Notes: generated from the letters alone by a model not told the origin. Positions 11,253-23,470 are shown, counted from the first letter of the stretch. The stretch is DNA of 64,000 nucleotides from Tubiluchus corallicola (GCA_030141605.1 JAQGDQ010000023.1:744001-808000), one strand, 5' to 3'. Numbers and translations are program-made.

Positions 11253-13805
11253 TCAACTTTGTGATGACCCGGGAGATCTCTTCTGCATATGGCATATGGT
11301 ACAAGTTAAAGTGCCTGCTGCCAAGCAATCTACATGGAATGCATGACGACAGTTAAATACTGCTACACTACTTGCAAATCTGATATCACTGATAATAAGT
11401 TTATTTCTACAAGAATAGCAAACTTGCTCATCAACTTTTACGCCTTTGCTTTGTGTTCTTACAAGTTTGTTCATTAGTTGATAACAGTCTTTGATTAGGA
11501 TATTCTGACACCCTTCTCTCAGGGCAATCTGCAAGTTGTAATCCTGCATTATCTTAACCAGCGAGTTTCGAAGTGCTGGTATTTTCAACCCTGGTTGGAT
11601 CCGCTTTATTAATATTATCGGATCAACATGAGTGCCAATATTTTCCAGTAATACTTTTATAAAATCTGGTTTGTCAAGTGACTGAGCAATAAGATCTTCC
11701 CACAGATCAAGATCATCGTGTTCCATACAAAATTCAATAGCCCAATTAACATCTTTCAGTTCACGTATGATAAGAGCAAGGGCTTCTTTTGTGTTACCAA
11801 TGCGCCCGAGTAAAAACACAGTCTCACGAACAAAATTCCTGCTCTGACATTCCTCTAAGGCTTTCTGAAGCGGATAGTAACTACTTGATTTCAGAAAAGA
11901 CAACAGGTCTTGTGGAGCATACTGTGCATACAGTTGAACTTGAAGACCATGATACTGTTGTCCGACATGAGGGTCTTTCTGAAATAATTTATCCAAATAA
12001 AAATGTTGAAGATCTGGCCTGCTCTCCAACTTTTTAATCACCATCTCTATTGGCACCTTATCCATGTTATCCAACAAGAGCTTTACACCTCTTTCAACAT
12101 CAAAATCTACTAGCAGTTCAATTTTGTCCGATATAGAATGAAATAGATCATGTTTATGAATTAGGTCGAAAACATCTTTATGTTTCAGCCTCAAATAAAT
12201 AGCAAGTGCTTTGTCGTAAGATGCCTCCCGAGTGTACAGTTCACCTAAAGATTTCAACAAGATGACATTATCCGGATCTGTATAAAGTCGGTCATTAACT
12301 ACATTAATCACAGTTGGAATATGGTACAAAGAGCTAGGCCATTCTTTTATCAGATTATTAAACCCTTCATAATCTGTGTGTAGGTACTCATTGAGCACCA
12401 TTTCATAAATGGCTGGATCAAGGCAGATGTCTCCTCTAGGTAAATAAGGAGCAACTGCTTTTAGTTGTCTAATTCGTGCAAACTTATAAACTTCTTCTTC
12501 CCAACGTTGCTTATTTTTGCCATTAATTTTCACACACAATCTGGCAGCATCATCGTATCGCTCGTGCTCTAGTAAGTGATTTAAATATGCTCTACCTATT
12601 TCTTGCAGACTGTGTCGCTTCAAGTGTTTTCCATCGTTTTTCATCGCACATGACATTGCTTCTTCAAAATATTCATGCTCCATAAGCCACTGTAGGTGAT
12701 CATCATCGTCCCTTGGTTTGGCAATTACAACGTCTTTTGGACTGATGATGAAAAATAAATTGTCATCAGCTATACACTCTAGGTGGTAGTCATTGCACCG
12801 ATACTCTGAAAATCCCCGTATGGTCAGAGCGTCATTGGACACTTCCTCGTAATAATTCATGTAAGGTACCACAATTCTCAGCTGTGGTCTTTCTGATCCC
12901 ATCTGTGAACTAAGATGCTGGTCATCACTAACATATGAGAGCAACACGAGACTGTCCCCAAAAGGTGCCAAGCCACAAATGTAAAAATCGGTAGTGAACA
13001 TTTCTGTAATTTCCACATATCGAACAAGTTGTTCTGCAGAACTAACTTCTCTCTGTCGAATGGCACAAATTTTAACAGAATCTGCCCAGCCAATCAGCAA
13101 AGTTGTCTCATCCTTCCAGAACAGGTTACATCGATAAAGTTCCGGTCGGAAGTTTGACGTATCCTCTCTCAAGATTGAAGAAATTTTTTTCTTTAAGACC
13201 ATATCATACACTTTAACACTGACATCATTTGCCCAAGCAACAAACTGTCCAGCAGGTGACCATTTGATATTCCTGATAAGACCTTCCCCCCTGTGAAGGA
13301 TATACGTTTTATGGCGATTAAGAAAAGCCTTTTCGTGTAACACAAACTTGTCATCGCCAGTCATGAAATGTTTTCCACTTCCAGGCTTAGCAAAACCAGG
13401 ATCTATGGCAATGGATTTTACTGGTCTATCAAACATATGAATCTGGTTGTTTTCCGTGGAATACAATCCAGCTATGACAGCCCGGCCATCGTCAGAACAG
13501 CTGCCTAAATATTCACCCTCGGCATCAATGCTAATCTGGTTTACTGTGGTGGTATGAGCTGGTCTCTCTTTCCCATGAATATTGTAGCCTAGATGGTCAA
13601 GAACATGTATGACTCCCCAATGTGTTCCAAGTGCTAGAAATTTTTGATGGACTGCCATACAACTGGCTGCATCTTTACTAAGAATGCTAGCGAGGTCGTT
13701 TGCAATCCTTTCATACTTTAACTTTGGCTCAATAGGTTCATCAGAATCAAGAGACTCAGAACTACTGTCTATATCGTCTTCCCTTGCTTCGCCAGTACTG
13801 CTCAT
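11253..13805 (-). CDS. VPS41: Vacuolar protein sorting-associated protein 41 (HOPS subunit)
   Basis: Uninterrupted 850-codon ORF from the ATG at 13805 (MSSTGEARED..EPKLKYERI). N-terminal beta-propeller (LALGTHWG, SCSDDG), clathrin heavy-chain repeat region, C-terminal RING-H2 (CYSC...CRHAFHVDC...CTIC). A splice acceptor ttttag at about 13820 indicates a 5'UTR intron, so the 13838 start in the ORF track is intronic. Confidence 0.97.
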   Translation of the reverse strand: MSSTGEAREDDIDSSSESLDSDEPIEPKLKYERIANDLASILSKDAASCMAVHQKFLALGTHWGVIHVLDHLGYNIHGKERPAHTTTVNQISIDAEGEYLGSCSDDGRAVIAGLYSTENNQIHMFDRPVKSIAIDPGFAKPGSGKHFMTGDDKFVLHEKAFLNRHKTYILHRGEGLIRNIKWSPAGQFVAWANDVSVKVYDMVLKKKISSILREDTSNFRPELYRCNLFWKDETTLLIGWADSVKICAIRQREVSSAEQLVRYVEITEMFTTDFYICGLAPFGDSLVLLSYVSDDQHLSSQMGSERPQLRIVVPYMNYYEEVSNDALTIRGFSEYRCNDYHLECIADDNLFFIISPKDVVIAKPRDDDDHLQWLMEHEYFEEAMSCAMKNDGKHLKRHSLQEIGRAYLNHLLEHERYDDAARLCVKINGKNKQRWEEEVYKFARIRQLKAVAPYLPRGDICLDPAIYEMVLNEYLHTDYEGFNNLIKEWPSSLYHIPTVINVVNDRLYTDPDNVILLKSLGELYTREASYDKALAIYLRLKHKDVFDLIHKHDLFHSISDKIELLVDFDVERGVKLLLDNMDKVPIEMVIKKLESRPDLQHFYLDKLFQKDPHVGQQYHGLQVQLYAQYAPQDLLSFLKSSSYYPLQKALEECQSRNFVRETVFLLGRIGNTKEALALIIRELKDVNWAIEFCMEHDDLDLWEDLIAQSLDKPDFIKVLLENIGTHVDPIILIKRIQPGLKIPALRNSLVKIMQDYNLQIALREGCQNILIKDCYQLMNKLVRTQSKGVKVDEQVCYSCRNKLIISDIRFASSVAVFNCRHAFHVDCLAAGTLTCTICHMQKRSPGSSQS

Positions 13806-14289
13806 TTTGCATTTATAATCTAAAATGAAAATAAACAAGCAACTATCAAAAATAAATTTAATATCAGGTCTTTATATAAATTTTATATGACATGCACGTA
13901 AAAACTACATGTGCGGTCATTGGTTTTATCCGATTCATCATTATTATTATGCTACAGCTTTTGACAATGTATCAATATTAGTATCAGTATCACTGGACTA
14001 AGTATAACTTTACTGCTATTGTTTTCCTATCATTTTTTGGGGACAATTTAAACATTATATTGTTTATTGTTTATTTATTCCAAGAGCACAGTACAATTTA
14101 ACAATATCTTACACAAAATGCACAATGAAATTATAGAAATAATAAGAGAATAATACATAAGATACAGCCAAACAATTAATGCAGCACAGACAATTATCAG
14201 GTCAGATCGGAAGCTGAACTTGTAAAATCTGAGCCAAACAGGCAATACGGAAAAACGGGAGTGCAGAAGGTGCAAGTTAAAAGGAAGGT

Positions 14290-17200
14290 AAATCTGGAAG
14301 ATAATAAAAGATGATAACTATAAATGCCAACTGATTCTTTCTGCCATTGGACTGACCCAGTTCTTGTGAGACGATTAGGCTAATGCAAATATAATGTTAC
14401 TCGCCCTATCCTACTTCGTTTTGATGATAAAGCCAAAGTTGACTTCATTTTACAAAATAAACATTTGCTGAAGTCCCTTGATGATTGGCATAAAACATCC
14501 TTGTAACTTCTGATTTACTATCCTTGAGCGTGAAACACGTAGTCATAGACAATTTCTAGAGGCATTTTCTATCAAGTATGGTGAGTTTTCTACTTCAAGT
14601 CATATGTTAATATCAAAGGTTGTGACAATTGATGCTCATGATGTTGGCAGAGTTATTGGTAAACAAGGTAAAACCATCATTATGTTATGCACCAAATACG
14701 CTTGTGAGATTATCATTAATAAACTACCCAATAGATTTTTCCTGATTGAAATCACAATAAAAGGTACTCCTGAATCATGTGACGCTTGTGGACATGATGT
14801 TTGTAATCATTTGAGTAAATGCCATGAAATAATAGCTCAACGTTCTGAAAGCACTTTATCTCTCAATCATGTGAATGGCAACAAATCCCTCCTGAATCCT
14901 GATCTTACTATTATACCATCCCAACAGTGTTGCTCTTTTGCTTTACCCAGTACTGCCACTAATCTGGATCAAACTCATGATGTAGTACCTCATCCGTCTG
15001 TTGATACTAGTTTACAGACGAGTTCTTTTTATTATCGCCTGTCTCCTGACACAAGTCAAGCTATTCTACCCGCGACCCATGTAGTTAAACAAGTTACTAA
15101 TAGTCCATTTCTTCGTGATAGTTACATTGGCTTCACTCCTGATTGCAGCCGTCTTCTGGCTGATTGTAATCAGATGACTTTGGTGAAAAGACATATGGTC
15201 CCTCCTCATGAAAACCTCATCCCTGGTCTCACTTCTTCTACTCTTTGTCCTCCTAGCACTCCAGTTACTTGCATACATCCCTTTGTCAATTATCCTTCAA
15301 CTTCTATAAACTGCCAAATTGGCTTCTCTGACTGATAGTCACCTGACAACCTTGGTCAGTAGTCACTCAGCCCATTCTAGTGAAAATCTTATTCCTGGAC
15401 TCACCCCTAAACTTATTTGTCCACCAAGTACTCCTGTTCATTATACTCATCCATCCTTCAGTTATCTGTCTCCTGTGAACTGCCAAACTACTGCAATTAA
15501 TAGTCATGATCAAACCTTTCCCGTAAATGTCAGCACTTCTGAAAACAACGCTTTCGGAACGCTAACGCTACTATCTCTGATAATGAATGACTTAACCAAT
15601 ATTCCTGTTCGTCTCTCAAAGGTTTTGTCTTCAATTGCAATGGCTGTGTTAATAAATTTACTGATTTGTTCAATTTCATTAATAATTATAAACCTGATTT
15701 TGTATGCTTATCTGAAACCTGGTTTTCTGAAGATATAGATGATAGTGTAATTTGGCCTCAAAATTACTCAATTTTTAGATGTGATAGACACTCTGTTTTT
15801 CCTTATGTCAATTGCAGTGGTGTGGCTATTATTGTCAAATCATGTTTCAGTGCTAATTCCTGTGTAAGTCACTGTTGCTGTTGAACTCAAAACTTCTTCA
15901 CGAGACAGTCTTAGTGTTACTTGCATATATAGATTTTGCAACAATAACTATACTCATACATTTGGTTATTCTGAAATCAATATATATTTGAAGAAATTAA
16001 ACATGCTATTTCTATCTACTCTCAAAATTCTGTTATCATTTGCGGTGATTTAAATTTTCCAAAATTAGTATGGCCTGACCCAGTTCCTCATAATGATGTT
16101 GAGTGTATGTTTATTAATTCTTTACATTAATTCTCAGTTAGTTCATTTTCCTACTCGCAAAAACAGTTGCCTAGAATTAGTCTTAACTAATTGTCCTGAA
16201 CTCATTGTAAATTGCTCTCCTTGGATTTTCAACTAGCGATCATGACACTAGCATTTGTTTTGATGTTGAGTACAATGACCAACAACTTGTAACTAGACCC
16301 TAGCGTGACTTTAATCGTTCTAAATTAATTTCGTTAATAATTTTTTTTTGAAGAGCTCTTAAATGCAAATTATGGTCAAAATGGAACTATTCTAATCTTA
16401 ACAGTGTTCATGCTGAATATACTCACTCCTCTCAGGAATTGAAATCGGCTTTATATTCTGCTCGCTTGTGATATGAGGAGCGTCTTGCAAATCGACAAAG
16501 TAAGAATTATAAGAGTTTTACTGTTATAGCAAACATTTCCTTAAACCTCCTAATCGTATTACTACTATTAGTAATCATCAGCATGTTATTTCTGATCCTA
16601 TCACAGTTGCTAATACTATTAATGATTCTTTTGCTTCTTTCTACACTAATGAACCTGATGATGGTCCCTTTCCAACTCTCTTGTCTTAGAATAACGACAG
16701 TATTTCCTGTGTTGAATTTACTGTGAATGATGTCTATGATAAACTTTCCAAACTTGAACTTTTCAAAGCTGTTGGCCCTGATAATGTTCAAGGTTTTATA
16801 TTGAAATCATGTGCCTTACAACTCTCATTACCTTCTTTCTTCTTTGCAAATCCTTGGAGTGTTTTATAGTCCCTCAGGACTGGTTAGATTGTAATGTTAG
16901 CACTATCCCCAAAAAACCTAGCACCAACTTGACATGTGACAAATTACGCCCTATTTCTCTACCTTCTTTTATCTCTAAACGCTTTGAAGCTCTTTTGTGG
17001 GATGACATACTAAAATTCCTCCTATTTTCTGGCCAATTCAATAATAATCAACATGGTTCTTTAGCACAACGCTCCACAATAACAAATCTTCTCGAATGCT
17101 TAAATGACTGGTCTCAATTCTTTGATGACCCTTCTCTCCCATCATTGATTTTAGAAAAGCATTTTATTCCGTTCCTCTTTGTCGTCTTATGTTGAAAATG

Positions 17201-18112
17201 GAATTTGCTGGTACAAGAGGGAAAGTACTCCAGTGGTTTCATTACTTTCTAACACATAGAAAGCAAAGAGTAGTTTTAAATGGTGTAACCATTTCCTGGA
17301 AAAATGTAGCCAGTGGCATTCCTCAAGGGACTTTGTCTGGACCTTTTATCAATGATGTTACTAATTGTGTATCCCCTGACACACATATACAACTGTTTGT
17401 TGATGATATGAAACCGTACCGGCCAATTAGAAATTCCTCTGATTAAGAGATCTTACAAGCTGACCTGTCTGAAATTGAGCGGTGGTGTGACAACTGGTTA
17501 ATGTCCCTCAAACGTAGTAAATGCAGCGCACCTCATATTCGTTCTAATTTTGCAATATCTTATTATCTGAGAGATGGTGCTGTTGAAGAAAAATCAGTAA
17601 TACATGATTTAGGTGTATTAATCTCAAACAACCTGAAGTGGCATTCATATATTGAGCATATTATTTCTCAGGCCAATAGACGCATTGGAAAGATAAAACA
17701 CTGCAATTCATCACGTAGTGCAAAAGCTATTGTTCCTCTTTATAAGGCTGTAGTTAGGCCAATACTGGAATATGCGTGCGTTGTTTGGTCACAACAGTAT
17801 GTTAATCTTAAAAATGCTTAAAAAAACTCAGCAGTGGAAATGCATTAGTCTGGCCTCTGATATTCAGCCTGACTCTGTATCTTCTCTTGAACAACGCCGT
17901 GATACTATAGATCTTATCAACTGTTATAAAGTCATCAGTGAACTGTTATAAAGTCATCAGTGGTAATTCGATTTTGCGCAGTGATAAATTTTTTCTAGAC
18001 CACTACGTGATTTACATGGACACAATTTTAAATTATTTGTGCAGTACTCTCGCACTAATATCAGAGCTCATTTTTTGTCTTCTCGTGTTGTGGGCCCTTG
18101 GAATTCACTGTT
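14290..18112 (+). mobile_element. Decayed CR1-clade non-LTR retrotransposon with ORF1 RRM-like region, KH domain, APE endonuclease and reverse transcriptase
   Basis: Frameshifted motifs in order: VRRLG..TRPILLRF..ILQNKHLLK..SDL..ERETR (14366-14540); KH domain (14613-14805); APE FNCNG, PDFVCLSETW, RCDR, GDLNFP, FPTR, SDH (15615-16245); RT KAVGPD, LRPISL, QHG, GIPQGTLSGP, LFVDD, DLGV, LYKAVVRPILEYACVVW; CR1-type C-terminus HGHNFKL..SSRVVGPWNSL (to about 18110). Confidence 0.9.
14604..15335 (+). pseudogene. KH-domain-containing reading frame, part of the CR1 element
   Basis: VVTIDAHDVGRVIGKQGKTIIMLCTKYACEIII...EITIKGTPESC fits the type-I KH pattern with a GxxG loop. It is followed by a Ser/Thr/Pro-rich linker. 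Confidence 0.75.
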
Positions 18113-18276
18113 GAGGAGAGACCGCCAATAACCCGTGTTGTGGTTAGGTCTCTTGGACTTTGGAAGAAAGGTCCATCAGTTTAGTAATTCAACTCACGTC
18201 CATTGCGTCCAAAATTAAGTTCATCAAGTCCATCAAAACAGGGAGACCCAACAAACCCTTAGACATTAGGCAGAAC

Positions 18277-18825
18277 TCATTATCATCCAATGAATCATAC
18301 GTCCACGGACATGATTCTGCTCACCTCCCTATGCCAGGACTCCCTGCTCGCCGCAATGCCCTAACTGGATTTATCTCTAAGGATTAATGCTGAAGTGTTT
18401 AAATCTTTCTGTGCAAAACCTAAATATGTTATCATTTGTCCTCCTGCAGGTTTTTTAGCTGGTTCTATGGCTTGTTGAAGAGCTATCTTCACTGGAATAT
18501 TATCAGGTAATCTAAGCATATGCCCAATCCATCTTAAACGGCGTCTTATATAGAAATTTTCTTTGGCCATCTAATACCCTTTGAAACGCATCACTTTCAG
18601 CTGTATGATTTGCTTTTAATGTCCAGAGCTCAGAGTTATACAGAAATACAGTTTCAACTAAGACTGAGAATAACTAAGGCTAATTTTTGTTTCCAAAGAA
18701 ATCTTCCTATTCTCAAAAACTTTTGTGAGTTTTGAGTAAGCTGATAATGCCATTATCTTCCGTCTTGATATGTCATTTTCTGTTGCCAGCAGACTACCGA
18801 GATACTTGCATCTTTGCCATCTAGG
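18277..18825 (-). mobile_element. 5'-truncated RTE-clade LINE fragment
   Basis: WQRCKYLGSLLATENDISRRK..ISLETK, RRRLRWIGHMLRLPDNIP, C-terminus ASRESWHREVSRIMSVDV*. Same family as 53620-54372. Confidence 0.8.
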
Positions 18826-18894
18826 CAGAACTGCAGAGCTCTGAAATGAAATAAAATATGGCAAACGTTTCTTCAAACAGACAAGCAAATGCAA

Positions 18895-19672
18895 AGCGCG
18901 GAGTACGCCATTAGCTGAAGTAGAACACTTCCGCTAAAACCCATGTGCTAAATTTGCGAAAAAGCTGTGTCGTACAGTCGTACATGGACAGCCCAAGTAG
19001 GACATTGGCGATTCCTGTCGAGAATCGATATTTATGACGTAATAAAATGTAAAACTAAATTTGTTTCAGAAAAAAGTAACTTTATAATAACGACGGATAG
19101 TCCGTGACAATTTACAAATGTATTTTTTTACAATAATATCATCATTATTATTAGCTCCATTAATATCATCATATATTAAACTAAATATCTAATACTTTAA
19201 AAAGAGAAACTATGTAGGACACATAGCTCGCTAGCCCATTTACTTAATGGAAAACAATTATTTGTCCAAGAGGTAGTGAAAAGTATCACATATCTGTGAA
19301 ACGAGACAAAATAAAAAATGATAATACCTTAAGCAAAATGTTACAATTGCCTAAAAAGCGAATTTATTTTATTTTAAAAAGATTAATAGCAAAGCCAAAT
19401 TTGATATTGGCTGTTCTACTAACTCAGAATAAGATTCTTTATCAGATGTATATAAATTATTCAACGTGTATTGACGTTTTCAATTATTATTATTATTATT
19501 ATTATTATTAAATAAACAATTACAACTGACGCTGCCAGTACGGTTAACGACTCAATTCGTGACCTGTCTCTAGTGCCCTACTTGGGCAGTCCATGTACTA
19601 CGCGTCCTACTTGAGCTAGCCCATGTACGCGAGTAGTCCTACTTCGGCTGATGTCCTACTCCGCTCCCAACA
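18895..19672. mobile_element. MITE copy 1 (non-autonomous DNA transposon)
   Basis: Ends GCGGAGTACGCCATTAGCTGAAGTAG ... CTACTTCGGCTGATGTCCTACTCCGCTCCCAACA. Subterminal inverted motif GTACATGGACAGCCCAAGTAGG / CCTACTTGGGCAGTCCATGTAC. Colinear with 19696-20414. Confidence 0.8.
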
Positions 19673-19695
19673 ACGTAGACTATTTTGTTACACCA

Positions 19696-20414
19696 TGTGG
19701 GCGCCGAGTAAGTCACTAACCGAAGTAGGACACTTCCGTTAAAATGTGCTAAATTTGTGGAAAAGCAGTGTCGTACATGGGCAGCCCAAGTAGGATACTG
19801 GCGATTTCTGTCGAGAATTATAAGATAATGAAACGTAAAACTAAATTTGTTTCAGAAAAATTAACTTCATAATAATGATGGATCTCCTTGACAATTTACA
19901 ACGTATTTTTTACAATAATATCATCATCATTATTAGCTCCTATAACTTCATCATAACATTAAACTAAGTGTCTAATACTTTAAATAGAGAAACTATGTAT
20001 GGCACATAGCTCGCTAGTTCGTTTACTTAGTAGAAAACAATTATTTGTCCAAGAGCAAGTGAAACGGATCACCTGTCTGTGAAGCGAGACAAATACAAAT
20101 GATATACCTTAAGCAAATGTTGGAATCGCCTAAGAAGTGGGCTTATTTCACTATAAAAACATTAATATCGAAGCCAAATTTAATATTGGCCATTTTACTA
20201 ACTCAAAATAAGATTCTTTTATTTTACCAGATGTATAATAAATTATTCAATGTTTTTGACATTTTAAATTATTATTATTATTAAATAATCAAGAACAACG
20301 GGTGCTGCCAGTACGGTTAACGACTCAATTTGTGACCTGTCTTAGTGTCCTACTTGGGCAGCCCATGTACGCCAACTGTCCTACTTCGGCTAGTGGATTA
20401 CTCGGTGCCCAACA
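19696..20414. mobile_element. MITE copy 2 (same family, tandem)
   Basis: About 38-bp TIRs TGTGGGCGCCGAGTAAGTCACTAACCGAAGTAGGACA / TGTCCTACTTCGGCTAGTGGATTACTCGGTGCCCAACA, with an AT-rich non-coding interior. Confidence 0.85.
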
Positions 20415-20499
20415 GACTAGTTTTATAAGTTTTACTTTTTGTGTCTGACTTGTTTACCTATTGTTGACTAGACTGAGCTTCATAAAATTATTGTCACCT

Positions 20500-22910
20500 G
20501 GGTGGTGAGCAGTACAAAGCTCATCCAGATCCAATTTAAGTGTACTGGTATTGGCGGTCACTGTAAAATTTAGCCAAATCAGACTTATTTATCGATAGGG
20601 CCTCTACTAGCTCCGCTGGGAGATTGTTCCAATCATTAACCACTCTATGCTTATATAATTTTGAGTGTCTAGTGGTATTGGCTCGTTGTTTTAACAGTTT
20701 CCTATCGTGACCTCATAGATTCCTGGCAATTCCTATCCTCTCATCAGGTATTAATAGATCTTTACTGGATTTGTCTATGCTATGTAGAGAACAACATGTT
20801 TGCAGTAGAGCAGTTCTTTTCCTTCTGAATTCTAAGGATCGGATATTGAGTAGTCGTAGTCTTTCTGAATATTTCATATCCTTTAATCCTAGGACTGATT
20901 TGGTGGCCCTTTGCTGTATTGCATCAATAGCTTTGCGATGACATACAAGATGTGGACTCTATATATGGGACTCTATAAGAATCAATGCTTGCATCAACTG
21001 ATAAAATTTAGAGAAATTATGGGGCTTAATGTAGAGGTGTAAGAACAACAGCGTAACAGGATACAGTTTTCTTTTTGGCTTGCTCCTTTATGATGTGGAT
21101 ATACAGGAGCCTGATAGAAATATTAGAATAGCCGCTGTGAATCGCTTGAATTACCGATACTACAGTTGCATACTCCAGATGAGGTCTGACTAAAATATAT
21201 AAATATTAGTTAGCCTTTATAGTTCTAAGCCTATTACTGTCCATGAATCTAAAAGTTTTGAGTATTGTCCTTTTGGAGTTTTTACCTTTTCAAAAATATG
21301 TTTGTCAAAGGAAAGTTTGGAAAAGCAAATTAAAGGTCCACATATACGACTTGTACAGGTCCAAATTCACACATGGTATTTCCATCTTGTTGCTGTTTAT
21401 GTGTAGTACATGACACTGATGGTTTGAATCTCATTTGAAACTGTTCACACCAATTGTAGAGATGGAAAATGTCTTTTTGAAGAATGCTGTGATATTGCTC
21501 TGATTGCTGAATTCTGTAAAATTTACCATCCACAAAGAGAAGGATTGGACTGCAGGGAATTTCGAAGATGTCAGTAACATAGATTAAAAGCAGCAATGAT
21601 CCAAGTACTGCTCCCACAACAACTCCACTGTTAAATCTGACCATTCTGAATACTTGTTATTGACTTTCACTTTCTGACTTCTGTGCTTTTAGGAAACTTC
21701 TTCACACAGTTCAGTATGTTACCTTTAACTCCATAACTTTCCAATTTAACCATCAATCTTGTGTGAGAAACTGTATCAAATGGTTTGCAGAAATCTATGT
21801 ATATGACAGCTGCTGCAAGGTTGACCATTCCGTTATTGTTTCCAGCAGATTTGTTATACAAGAACGCCCTTTTAAAAATCCATGTTGACAATGGTTGAAG
21901 CGATTATTAGCAAAAAATTGTTCCAGTATTACGTTCTTGATTATAGTTTCTAATATTTTACCGATAACCGAAGTTAAGCTTTAGACCTGTAATTGTCCGG
22001 GACATCCTTGGTTCTTTTCTTTGCAGAGGCATTATAGTTGCTATCTTCCAGTCGTGTGGAATTTCTCCAGTCTTAATAGAATTGCTGACTATTAACTGAA
22101 GGGCATGCACTACCTCATGTAGAGATTCTAAGACTGGCCTAGAAAAGATATTGTTTGGTCCTGCAACTTCGTATGGTTTCATCTTTAATATTGACAGTAG
22201 TTCGGATTCTGTAACATAAATGTCTTGAAGTGCTGAGTTATTCACTGTTTTTGCACTATTACAAGAAATGTTGACATATCTTCAATAGTATATACTGAAC
22301 AGAAAAATGCATTGAGCAACTGTGCCTTCTGTTTGACTCACATTATGCTTGCCTATTAAAGTTTGGGATGCTGATGTTGTCATCATGTGCTCTTCTCTTA
22401 ATATACCATACATCCAGAATGTCTTAGGGTTATCCTTAAACTCCATTGACAGTTTATTTTCGTATTTTTATTGTGCATCTGTTATGAGATTATTTAATTC
22501 TTCATTGCATTCTGTATAAGTTAGCCAGTTTTGGTCAGTTTTGCAGTAGAGATACCTCTTCCACACTCTTTCTTTCTGAGTTACCAACTTATCAATGTTC
22601 TTGTTCCACAATGGGTGCAGTATATCATCTTTGCACCTATAATTGATTTTTGGTATATGTTCTTGCATAGCTTCCAGAAGTATATTTTTGAATTTTAACC
22701 AGACCTATTTGATGCTGCAATGTAGCTGGATGTTCCAGTCTGCAAGTTTTGTCTGAGGGCATCATAGTTGCCATTTTTGAGGTTAAATTTAAAAAAATTT
22801 TTAGGTTGGCATTCCGTAGATTCGTTGCTGAAAATGCCTCCTGGCACGTAAATGCCTATCTTTACAACATCATGATCTGATTTTCCAATTGGTGCCAGGT
22901 GCCACAGATT
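20500..22910 (-). mobile_element. Decayed 5'-truncated CR1-clade LINE (end of APE, RT, 3' end)
   Basis: LAPIGKSDH, PLWNK, AGPNNI, IPHDWKIATIMP, VIYIDFCKPFDTVSHTRL, GAVLGSLLLLIYV, GHDRKL, RVVNDWNNLP. Many stops and frameshifts. Confidence 0.85.
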
Positions 22911-23470
22911 GGAAAATTGAAGTTTCCAAATATAAAACACACACTAACTATAACGCACTAAGCGAAAAAAATGAAGAAATCTTTAATTAAGAGGAGAAAA
23001 CATTGTGAGTGTAGTTTTAAACTGATTGATGATTATTAGTACACAACATAAATGGGGAAGACAGAGAAACCATATCGAAAACAAGTATTGTACTTTGTGG
23101 ATAGGTCAAAACCAATTACTTGAAAAATATGCTAGTCAAACTCAATAAATTAACTGGTATTATATTACAAACTAGAGTCAAACTGTAGTGCTGGGGTACT
23201 GGTAAATTATATTAATTAATAAATGGAGTGATGGAGTAAACATTGGTAGCTGATGCTTTAATTATAGGAATAACGAGATTGTAAGCCTGGCATTTGTTTG
23301 GAAAAATACTTGTTAGGAATTGTAAAGGATTGTTCAAAATTTACAAAATTAAATCTGAGCTTGAAATTTAATGCAAAGATCTGTTTTAGATTTACCTAAA
23401 GATGTTTTGTTTTCTTTTTTTTTGTCTAGTTTGAAATCGTCAATCTGCCTTTTGCTACCAGGGTTGCATC

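Noticed and set aside
11789-13093. Short ORFs overlapping VPS41 (and likewise those overlapping WIPI4 and SMG6 exons)
   Set aside because: Alternate-frame or antisense shadows of real coding sequence.
19296-20284. Two similar short ORFs (..KPNLILA.LLTQNKIL..)
   Set aside because: The similarity reflects the duplicated MITE interior. Frames and starts are not conserved.
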